A stretch of DNA of 25,266 nucleotides from a virus, in IMG/VR virus record IMGVR_UViG_3300021590_000007; one strand, 5' to 3'. The position numbers were made by a program, and so were the translations under genes. Under the pieces are notes generated by a model. It did no database searches and was not told where the DNA came from. It saw only the letters and a program-made list of their open reading frames with translations. This document shows positions 16,246 through 23,487 of the stretch, in pieces. Positions within the stretch are counted from its first letter, which is position 1, and every line of letters begins with the position of its first letter.

Positions 16246-16836
16246 TCATTGTTTTAATGATTCTCGTAGCAATCGTAGCCATTTATTACTTTCGTATACT
16301 CGATTCACTTCTTCAGCATATTCTTTTTCGTGATAATCTATATCACTTAAGGCTTTTTTGATTTGTTGTTCTTTATATTCTTCACCTGAGAGGCGCTGAG
16401 GCATTTCTGTAATAAAACAATCATATTCAATACTTTCTTCTAATTGCTGGATCATAAACTGTTTAAGACCCTCGTGATCGGGAGTTGGTGGTTTCCATTT
16501 TTGAACTTTAGAAAGCATGTCTTCGTATCGCTTACGAATTAGTTTATTCTTTTTGATGAATTCTTCTCGCTTTTTTAGAGCTTCTTGATAAGCTCGTTCT
16601 GCTTCCTGCTCTGCCTTTTCTTTATTCCATTCTTTAATCTCTTTCAATCTCTTTTTTGCTTTTTCCAATTCTTTGAGATGATAATCTGATGGTTCAAATC
16701 GTTCTGGAATAGGAGCATCTATTGATTTGTCTCGCATACCGATCAATGCTCCAAATGCTCTGGCACACTTCAGTGCAAATTCTTCAAACGTTAAATCTTT
16801 ACCATCATATAAATCTAATGTATAACCTGTAGGCAT
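16246..16836 (-). CDS. Conserved viral hypothetical protein (MPTGYT N-terminus)
   Basis: MPTGYT...FEEFALKCARAFGALI.MRD...WKPPTPDHEGLKQFMIQQL, a phage family I recognise; function unknown. Confidence 0.8.
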   Translation of the reverse strand: MPTGYTLDLYDGKDLTFEEFALKCARAFGALIGMRDKSIDAPIPERFEPSDYHLKELEKAKKRLKEIKEWNKEKAEQEAERAYQEALKKREEFIKKNKLIRKRYEDMLSKVQKWKPPTPDHEGLKQFMIQQLEESIEYDCFITEMPQRLSGEEYKEQQIKKALSDIDYHEKEYAEEVNRVYESNKWLRLLRESLKQ

Positions 16837-16885
16837 ATTAATTCTTTAACCAGTGTTTTTAAATGATAAAAACATACTATTTAAT

Positions 16886-17149
16886 TTAAATATTTTCTTT
16901 TATGAGTTTCCAGCCGTTCAATTTTGCGTCTTCTAAGAAATCAATCAATGTGTATTCTTTAGCTCCTACAACCAAGAACCCAAGATGGAAAATATCAAAA
17001 CATCCCTCTCCATCCAAATATTTCTTGAACTCGATCTTACCTTCGCGACAAGCTTTCCCACTCTCGTCTATTGCTTTTATAGTTTCTCCAACTCTATATA
17101 TTTCTTGTCCAATTCTTACTCCATTCTCCACTAATTCTATTTCCTCCAT
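16886..17149 (-). CDS. Hypothetical protein
   Basis: Probable start MEEIEL at 17149; the track extends it to 17221. Confidence 0.65.
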   Translation of the reverse strand: MEEIELVENGVRIGQEIYRVGETIKAIDESGKACREGKIEFKKYLDGEGCFDIFHLGFLVVGAKEYTLIDFLEDAKLNGWKLIKENI

Positions 17150-17245
17150 CTTCTGTTTATGGATTTTCTTTTCCCGAACATTTTTTGATGGATTGTTTAA
17201 TTTCTTCCCACTCTGCACCACTTAAAATGATATTTCCTAAATCCA

Positions 17246-17535
17246 TCAATCTTCTTTATCGTTTATTTCAATTGCATTATCGTATACCTTTATATGTATC
17301 TTCTCTTTTGAGTTTATTTTTTCTTTCGTGTCTTGATATTCTTCTCTCAATTCTTTTACGATACTGTTCACTCTATCCCATGTCTCCCAATCTAATCTTA
17401 TCCAGTTACTACCTGCATAAATTATTGAGCCATTTCTACTTCAATCAATACATCGTCGTCTTTTACTACCACATCTATTGTTGTATCATCATCGGTTTCG
17501 ATTCGCTCTTTTCTATAAGAATCTTCTACATTCAT
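17246..17535 (-). pseudogene. Acidic hypothetical protein broken by a one-base deletion (or assembly error)
   Basis: MNVEDSY...IEVE stops after 37 aa. Adding one A at 17433-17435 continues it as NGSIIYAGSNWIRLDWETW...INDKED (96 aa). Confidence 0.55.
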
Positions 17536-17555
17536 TTAAAATAATATCTGTATGT

Positions 17556-17852
17556 CTAAAGTGATATTTTCTCACCACACATCACTAAATCTGCCATCAC
17601 ATCTCGAATATCGCCATCAGCTACTACTCTGCCCGTCTTAATCCAATTCCGGAGCATTCTTCTGTCCACCCTCTCATAATTACCTCTTCTATTCAATACA
17701 AACACACCTGCTTTCAAGTAATGTCTCAATTCTAATCTTCCTAAACGATACTGTACTAAATTTTGTTTCCTTCGTCCAATTCTAATTCCATTTACTCTTC
17801 GCTCGTTAATCATTTTTTCTTTCTTCCTATTTTTCAAATCTTCATACCACAT
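17556..17852 (-). CDS. Basic hypothetical protein
   Basis: 98 aa, Arg-rich, GGAGGT RBS. Confidence 0.75.
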   Translation of the reverse strand: MWYEDLKNRKKEKMINERRVNGIRIGRRKQNLVQYRLGRLELRHYLKAGVFVLNRRGNYERVDRRMLRNWIKTGRVVADGDIRDVMADLVMCGEKISL

Positions 17853-17853
17853 T

Positions 17854-18237
17854 TCAATACCTCCTCATTAATATTTCTTTTGTTTCTCGCATCATTTCAT
17901 TAACTGCAATAGCAGACATAGTCAATTGCTCTTTAAGCCATAAAAGATAATCTAATACTCTTTTACTCAATGGACTACTACAGCTCTCCCAATATATATT
18001 TTCTTTCTCTACGCTTCGTATCATATCATCAAATATCTTTTCCTCTCTAACTAAAAAGTTTCTGAAATCAATTATTTTACTTGTTATATCATAGTTTTTA
18101 CCCTCATTATAGAATACATAAAAAACATCTGAAGTGTGTGGTACGACTATAACTTGTTTGAGTAATATTTCTCCTCGTTCTTCTCTTTCCAAGAATTTGC
18201 TTAACGATTCGATCCTTTCAAATCTTTTTACTTTCAT
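17854..18237 (-). CDS. Hypothetical protein
   Basis: 127 aa, GGAGGT RBS. Confidence 0.8.
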   Translation of the reverse strand: MKVKRFERIESLSKFLEREERGEILLKQVIVVPHTSDVFYVFYNEGKNYDITSKIIDFRNFLVREEKIFDDMIRSVEKENIYWESCSSPLSKRVLDYLLWLKEQLTMSAIAVNEMMRETKEILMRRY

Positions 18238-18262
18238 ATTTTTATACCTCCCTCTATAAGGA

Positions 18263-18406
18263 TGGATGGGGCAGGAGTCGAACCTGCATTCCCGGACAGA
18301 ATTTGGTGATCGGACTTCCCACCTTCCTGCTAGAAGGCTTCCATCCTATCTCTTTAATAAAAAGGATACGAACAATGCCCGGATCCTACCGTTGGACGAC
18401 CCATCC
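18263..18406 (-). tRNA. tRNA or tRNA-like gene with a 72-nt insert in the anticodon loop; isotype unresolved (nominal UGU)
   Basis: Acceptor GGATGGG/CCCATCC plus discriminator A; U8; D-arm GTCC-AACGGTA-GGAT; anticodon stem CGGGC/GTCCG; T-arm GCAGG-TTCGACT-CCTGC; no encoded CCA. A TTTATAT box lies about 40 nt upstream. Confidence 0.8.
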
Positions 18407-18461
18407 CAGATACTTTTCTTAACGCCTTTATGGACATACAAAAATATAAATAAGATCATAT

Positions 18462-18965
18462 CTAGATATAATTTAGAACGTACTTTTCTATTAACTCTCG
18501 ATGTTCATTCTTATCCTGTGTTGCAAATTTTCTGTGTATATCTTTATCAATGAAAACTACGTGTACATCATCAATATGATGTGCTTCCGTATTGGCTCTC
18601 TTTTCATTCAGTGGTTGAAAGCCGTATCCTCTCTGCCATGCACTATACTTTGAAAAAATATAAGGGGGTTTAATTACCCCCATTTGTATAAGACTAATTA
18701 GTTCACTAAAGCTTCCCCGCTTCCTCTGTCTTCTCCTTCTTTTCTTCAGGGCGGGGCTACCCAACCCAGGGCAAGTTCTTCTATACCTACTCTTCTGAGC
18801 AGGAAGTTCAGATGGGGAGGCTTCCACCATACTTCCCTTGCCCTCGGTGGACTTTTGATTTCCACCTTCCTCCAATAGAGTTCCTATTGTCACACTTTTT
18901 TTATTACGATTTATTTGATTAGTGTTACTTAGTCCTTTACTGGTCTTTCTGTTATCCATTGCCAT
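18462..18965 (-). CDS. HNH-like (beta-beta-alpha-Me) endonuclease domain protein with low-complexity N-terminus
   Basis: C-terminal RGYGFQPLN...EAHHIDDVHVVFIDKDIHRKF...NEH. GAGGAGGT RBS 8 nt before the Met codon at 18959. Confidence 0.55.
   Translation of the reverse strand: MAMDNRKTSKGLSNTNQINRNKKSVTIGTLLEEGGNQKSTEGKGSMVEASPSELPAQKSRYRRTCPGLGSPALKKRRRRQRKRGSFSELISLIQMGVIKPPYIFSKYSAWQRGYGFQPLNEKRANTEAHHIDDVHVVFIDKDIHRKFATQDKNEHRELIEKYVLNYI
18653..18885 (-). ncRNA. Candidate GC-rich structured RNA embedded in the HNH-like ORF
   Basis: About 53% GC over 18711-18880 (hand count) versus roughly 30% in flanking genes. Helices: CAATAG/CTATTG, GGTGGA/TCCACC, AGGGCAAG/CTTGCCCT, GGAAGT/ACTTCC, ATGG/CCAT, GGGTT/AGCCC, CCCCGC/GCGGGG, then GGGGG/CCCCC and a U-tract. 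G-U pairs favour the minus strand. Confidence 0.55.
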
Positions 18966-19462
18966 CTACCTCCTCTCTCAACTTCCTCCCACATTTTAGC
19001 TTGCTCAATTAGGGATAGCCTTAAATATCCATTTCTCTGTGCTGCCTTACGCTCTCTATTTCTTATCATTTCGGCTTTACGTTTTATTTCACTCGCTTTC
19101 ATTTCCGAATTTATAGCCAAATTATATAAGTGAATCATCAATTTTCGGTATGGAGACTTTGGATTCATTTGTTTTTTAAGCCATTTACGAATTTTTTGCA
19201 ACTCTTTTTGTTTTGCATCTCTTTCTCTCAATTCATTGAATCGCTGCGATTGTTTATTATAATATCTTGCTCTTTTTTCATTTTGAATCAGATCTATTGG
19301 TGGCTGATGACCTATTTCATTCCATAACGCATAATAAGCTGTTATTTTTTGTCTTTGCTGATAGTCTTCTTCATTCCTTATCGGATCTTCCCATACTACA
19401 TCAATATTTCGAAGATTATCAGGCACACCATTTAACATATATTCGATTTCTTTTCTAATCAC
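18929..19462 (-). CDS. Basic helical hypothetical protein
   Basis: 177 aa, GTG start with GGAGGTG RBS. Confidence 0.75.
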   Translation of the reverse strand: MIRKEIEYMLNGVPDNLRNIDVVWEDPIRNEEDYQQRQKITAYYALWNEIGHQPPIDLIQNEKRARYYNKQSQRFNELRERDAKQKELQKIRKWLKKQMNPKSPYRKLMIHLYNLAINSEMKASEIKRKAEMIRNRERKAAQRNGYLRLSLIEQAKMWEEVERGGRWQWITERPVKD

Positions 19463-19565
19463 CTTTTTGCACCTCCTCGTATTTTTTCCTATTCAATTTG
19501 AAATACCACGATTCTCTATCTATCCCCTCCTCACCATTATATGTATTTTCATCAAGGAGGGTCAT
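19455..19565 (-). CDS. Small hypothetical protein (36 aa, not in ORF track)
   Basis: GGAG RBS; abuts the upstream stop and overlaps the downstream start. Confidence 0.45.
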   Translation of the reverse strand: MTLLDENTYNGEEGIDRESWYFKLNRKKYEEVQKGD

Positions 19566-20072
19566 TTAGTATCTCCCTTTCACAATCACTGAAGTGCCAT
19601 CTTCACATCTACGATACGTAAGTATTTCCCCGTCTTGGAATCCTTGAAGATGTTCTTCAAATTCTATATAGCGATTTATTCCAGTATTTACTATTTTTGC
19701 TCTAACTGTAGACTCCAAATCATCTGCATCCTCTCTTTTACTAAACAAAAATAAATTCCATATAAAATCTGCCTCCATGACCTCTAAACCTAACTTATCG
19801 CACTCGGTTATTATTCTATCATTCATAGCATTCTGGATTACCTGCTCTATTATTTCAACATCACTTGGAGAATATTCTTCCATTCCAGTCTTTGCTTTCC
19901 ATGTATTTCCATCAAAGTATGCGTCTACATAGAATTCTTCTTTCTTTTCGGTATCCTGAATAGTCGCTCTTAGAGCCTTGCTTTCATACTTATTTATTTC
20001 AATCAACTCAAATCTACTACCCGGCTTATTTATTATGCCCTCGCCGCTTCGGGCAACTTCTTCTTTGTTCAT
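19566..20072 (-). CDS. Acidic hypothetical protein
   Basis: 168 aa, directly downstream of a repeated promoter. Confidence 0.8.
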   Translation of the reverse strand: MNKEEVARSGEGIINKPGSRFELIEINKYESKALRATIQDTEKKEEFYVDAYFDGNTWKAKTGMEEYSPSDVEIIEQVIQNAMNDRIITECDKLGLEVMEADFIWNLFLFSKREDADDLESTVRAKIVNTGINRYIEFEEHLQGFQDGEILTYRRCEDGTSVIVKGRY

Positions 20073-20087
20073 TTTCTTACATATTCT

Positions 20088-20120
20088 ATTAGATTTTCCA
20101 ATATATAAAACATACGGTTA
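20088..20120 (-). promoter_or_regulatory. Type-P archaeal promoter (copy 1)
   Basis: TAACCGTATGTTTTATATATTGGAAAATCTAAT, homologous to the other three copies; contains a TATA box. Confidence 0.65.
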
Positions 20121-20197
20121 TTCAAGTACTGACTCTAAGTACTTACTAATAGTAACTTCCCGGATACTTTTAAAGATCCCTTTATGGCAAAAATGAA

Positions 20198-20317
20198 TTA
20201 ATTAAAATATCTAACCCTAACGTCTCTTCTTCTCCATTTCTCTATCATAAAGGCTATTATGGGTATGATCACATAAATAAAATAAATGATCAATAATTGG
20301 AGTATTTGATTGGTCAT
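20198..20317 (-). CDS. Single-helix membrane peptide (39 aa, not in ORF track)
   Basis: GGTGATG RBS; MTNQILQLLIIYFIYVIIPIIAFMIEKWRRRDVRVRYFN. Confidence 0.6.
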   Translation of the reverse strand: MTNQILQLLIIYFIYVIIPIIAFMIEKWRRRDVRVRYFN

Positions 20318-20339
20318 TCTCTACATCACCATTTATTCT

Positions 20340-20517
20340 TCACAATAAATCCTCCAGCTCACTATATGCTTTTTTACATAGCGCCTTAAAAAATCTATAC
20401 TTCATTTGGAGATACTCTTCCATTGTTGGATATCTACCTGTAGTTATCTTTTTGTTTTTTTACCCAGACTTCGACCCGCCTTCCTGCTTCCGATTCAATT
20501 ATTTCTTTTATCTTCAT
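20340..20517 (-). pseudogene. Small protein broken by a one-base insertion in an A7 run (or assembly error)
   Basis: GGAGGAGTG RBS; stops at 27 aa. Removing one base at 20455-20461 gives 58 aa (MKIKEIIESEAG...YSELEDLL). Confidence 0.55.
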
Positions 20518-20563
20518 CTTCACTCCTCCTATACTTTTCTCTCATCATTTATCACTAATAATA

Positions 20564-20596
20564 GTTAGATTTCTTGTTATAAAAAGCATGTGGTCA
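20564..20596 (-). promoter_or_regulatory. Type-P archaeal promoter (copy 2)
   Basis: TGACCACATGCTTTTTATAACAAGAAATCTAAC; 27/33 identical to copy 3. Confidence 0.8.
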
Positions 20597-20746
20597 TTTT
20601 AGTAAGAACCTTAGGTAAGTATTCCAGATACTTTTTGAAGTTGCCTTTATGTGAGTTGTGAAAAATTTTGATATTAGTATTGCTTAGATTTTTTTTTTTG
20701 AAATAGAAACAATAAACATAAATAAAGAAAGGAGAAAAGAATAAAT

Positions 20747-21106
20747 CTATTCTTCCTTCTCTTCTTGTGCTATTTTGTTGAGCCACTCGATCACAGCTTC
20801 GTAATCATCATCTTCATATATCCTATTGTCATAACCATAACCTACTTCATTATTCCATATTCCTATCGCTCGCTCCGCTGTTTCCTTCTCTGGTGATACA
20901 TGAATAGTTAAAAAGAATTCCTTGTCAGCGTACTTCTCCATCCACTCCAGTACATCCCCATCGAGTTCAAAATAGTCTCGTATCTCTTGTTCATCACTGG
21001 TTTCATATTCCCATACACCAGTTTCTATTTTATCACATATCTTTTTCCATTCTTCCGGGTTATTTATATTGCGCTCCCCGCTTTGCACTTTCTCTACTCC
21101 TGTCAT
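20747..21106 (-). CDS. Acidic early protein
   Basis: 119 aa from the ATG at 21106 (GAGG RBS); about 34 D/E versus 13 K/R. Confidence 0.8.
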   Translation of the reverse strand: MTGVEKVQSGERNINNPEEWKKICDKIETGVWEYETSDEQEIRDYFELDGDVLEWMEKYADKEFFLTIHVSPEKETAERAIGIWNNEVGYGYDNRIYEDDDYEAVIEWLNKIAQEEKEE

Positions 21107-21125
21107 TTTTTTCCTCAATTATCAT

Positions 21126-21158
21126 GTTAGATTTAACTATATAAAAAGGATGTGGTCA
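21126..21158 (-). promoter_or_regulatory. Type-P archaeal promoter (copy 3)
   Basis: TGACCACATCCTTTTTATATAGTTAAATCTAAC, with TTTATATA box, upstream of the 21106 ATG. Confidence 0.8.
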
Positions 21159-21720
21159 CTCTCGTACTTACCTATAGTCCTTACCTTTTATTCTTTTAAT
21201 CTTCTCCTTTATATATTATATTATATATTATATTATTAATTTCTTTTCCTTTCTTTTTCTTTTATGTGTGTGTTTTTAGTTTATACTATTAGTTTTTAGT
21301 GTTTTTAGTAGTTATTAGTTGTTTTTTATTGTTGTAGATAAGCATGAAATCTTACATTTATGGGGTTTTTTACTAATATAAACCTCTATAAACAAATAAA
21401 ATTAAAAATAAAACAATAATAAAACCTATAAAAAGAAAGGAAGGGATAATGAAAGTAAAGAAGAGGAAATAAGAATTTACATAGGAGATTGAGAAATACA
21501 AAAACTAACATACGTATGGATAGACATGGAAAGAGGGTTAGTCCCGAGTTAAAATGATTTTCGGTCACTTAAAGAATTTTTTAAGTATGATGTACATATC
21601 TGTGCATTCCCCTCAAGAGATGACACTAAGTATTACCGCTTTCATCCCTTTTCATATCCTTGACAATTTTCCTCATCATCTTTTCATACTAATCTTACAT
21701 GATGTTATCCTTTTCATCCC

Positions 21721-22290
21721 TCGTGTTACTCGAAACTGCAAGTGGAAAATTCGATCTATGACCCATCAAAAATATTGCGTGAGATGCAAATAGAAGCCCG
21801 TCATCAAATTTTTTTCATGTGGGTAATATAAAAGTATAGGAAGACAAAAACATTGCGGCTATCATTAAATTTCGGCGAATAGTGAAAAAAGGTAAGAAGC
21901 GATGATCGAAAGTGCCAAGTTTCGTGTTACTAATTATGAATTTCAGGATTTGCATCAGTGACTACCGAAAAATAAGTTGTGAGACGCAAAATTAAAGCCA
22001 TAGTGCGAATAAAATACACAAGGGTATATAATTATACCTGAAACAAAAAACATTTGCGTGAACATGAAATATCGAGGTCTGGTGCAATTTCATAATTCAA
22101 TATCTTAAAAATTTTAAATATTAAATTCTACTAGTGAAATTTACATTATTGACTACCTAAAAATATTGCGTTAGAAGCTCATACAAGCTTGTCATTGAAA
22201 TTTTTTACCTCTACCCATATAATTATATACCCAGTCAAAAACATTTGCATGAACAAGAAATATGAAGAATTGTACAAAAAAGATAATTCA
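21721..22290 (+). repeat. Three degenerate tandem units of about 191-201 bp
   Basis: Anchors TGAC..C.AAAAATA at 21759/21959/22150 and CAAAAA(A)CATT(T)GC at 21845/22044/22236; TCGTGTTACT at 21721 and 21922; AAAAATATTGCGT identical at 21768 and 22159. Confidence 0.85.
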
Positions 22291-22313
22291 TGTACCATAA
22301 GTACGTACCTTAA

Positions 22314-22346
22314 TGACCATATCTTTTTTATAGTCTTATTTCAATA
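22314..22346 (+). promoter_or_regulatory. Type-P archaeal promoter (copy 4, divergent orientation)
   Basis: TGACCATATCTTTTTTATAGTCTTATTTCAATA before the ATG at 22358; upstream TAAGTAC shared with copies 1 and 3. Confidence 0.7.
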
Positions 22347-22357
22347 TTACATACAAA

Positions 22358-22570
22358 ATGAATGAAATAGAAGAGATAGTGAGGGATAGAATAGTGATAG
22401 AATTGGAGAATCTAAAGAGAGAACTTAAAGAAGAAATAAAAAGATTGGAGGCAGAAAGTGAATTCAGTAACATACCTAGTTACTCTACCTATTTAACATA
22501 TTTAGTAGAGGGCATTGAAATTGCGGTTGGTCGGATTGATAGAAGAATACAAGAGAAAACAATGTCATAA
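22358..22570 (+). CDS. Small helical hypothetical protein
   Basis: 70 aa, first plus-strand gene, with its own promoter. Confidence 0.75.
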   Translation: MNEIEEIVRDRIVIELENLKRELKEEIKRLEAESEFSNIPSYSTYLTYLVEGIEIAVGRIDRRIQEKTMS

Positions 22571-22626
22571 AATACCAGACTTTCACTTTTCTTTTTCTTT
22601 CTTTATATATTTCTTTCTTTTTCTTT

Positions 22627-22686
22627 TATTATATAATCATACTAGAAAGAAAGATCTTTATTATATATTATATAATCATACTAGAA
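22627..22686 (+). repeat. Perfect 21-bp direct repeat
   Basis: TATTATATAATCATACTAGAA at 22627-22647 and 22666-22686. Confidence 0.9.
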
Positions 22687-22713
22687 GGATCCTTTCTAGA
22701 TCTTTAAGATCTT

Positions 22714-23063
22714 TACATCTTAGATATTCTTACATGTATGATATTCTTATGAATCTTCTAGTATACATTCTTGATATTCTATTCTTACATTCTTGATATT
22801 CTATATTGATATCTATACCTTAGGATCTTTATACCTTTATCCTTATGATATCTTTATCCTATCCTCATGATATTCCTATCCTATAGAATACCTTATGGTA
22901 TAGAATACCTTATCCTTACATTCAAGATATTTATTCCTATAGATATTCTTATCTTATGATATACTTTACATGTTAGATACTCCTATTGAATTCCTTACAT
23001 ACTGGATATTCTATATGATATTCCTATCTTTACATTATGGATATCTTATATGTTAGATATTCT
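22714..23063 (+). repeat. Iteron-like array of TACAT-N4-GATATTCT
   Basis: Copies start at 22714, 22731, 22764, 22786, 22917, 22967, 22996, 23031 and 23047 (variants GATATTTA, GATACTCC, GATATCTT, TATAT), with further GATAT half-sites between them. Confidence 0.8.
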
Positions 23064-23446
23064 TTTACTTTCTTTTTTTATTCTTTATATTATTATATTT
23101 ATATATTATATATTATATTGGAGTTTAGCTTTTTACTTCTTTATCTCTTTCTTACTTCTTTCATATTGATATTACTTTTTATTATCTCTTTTCTTCTCTT
23201 TATGAAAATAATATTTAGTGTTATCTTTTCTGTCCCTTTTATGAATTTATGAATTTGTATTACTTTTTTATTCTATAATTTTCATTTTAATATTTAGTGT
23301 TATCTCTCTATCTCCTTTTCTTAATAATTATGTCTTATCAATATTCTTATCTTTTGTATTCAATTATGTTATCCTCCCTATCCTTCTTCATACATGTTAT
23401 TATCTCTTTCTTCTCTTTTAATCCTATTATTAAATTTTCTTTAAGT

Positions 23447-23486
23447 GATCGAAAAGCTTTTATATACTCTATATCTTATATATTAT
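23447..23486 (+). promoter_or_regulatory. Type-Q archaeal promoter (BRE CGAAA + TTTTATATA)
   Basis: GATCGAAAAGCTTTTATATACTC...; 36/40 match to 23906-23944; spacing to the ATG at 23488 fits a leaderless transcript. Confidence 0.8.
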
Positions 23487-23487
23487 C

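Noticed and set aside
18330-18345. tmRNA-like reading of the tRNA insert (mini-ORF ATG GAA GCC TTC TAG with the stop in a hairpin loop)
   Set aside because: The RNA has a normal D-stem, no G3-U70 pair and no pseudoknots, the insert is only 72 nt, and tmRNA is not known in archaea. The mini-ORF is probably chance.
18690-18933. Group I intron core (GACUA near 18930 and UAGUC near 18692 as P7)
   Set aside because: GACUA is just the last codon and stop of the upstream gene, and no P4-P6 domain or exon junctions are identifiable.
328-20196. Plus-strand ORFs in the track within the minus-strand block (e.g. 328-549, 2856-3191, 2957-3307, 14689-15069, 16902-17225, 17185-17544, 18266-18553)
   Set aside because: They are antisense shadows of well-supported genes or RNAs, with S/F/L/I-rich composition and no RBS.
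21721-23063. CRISPR or mini-CRISPR array
   Set aside because: There is no near-identical 24-47-bp repeat separated by unique spacers of constant length, and no cas genes.
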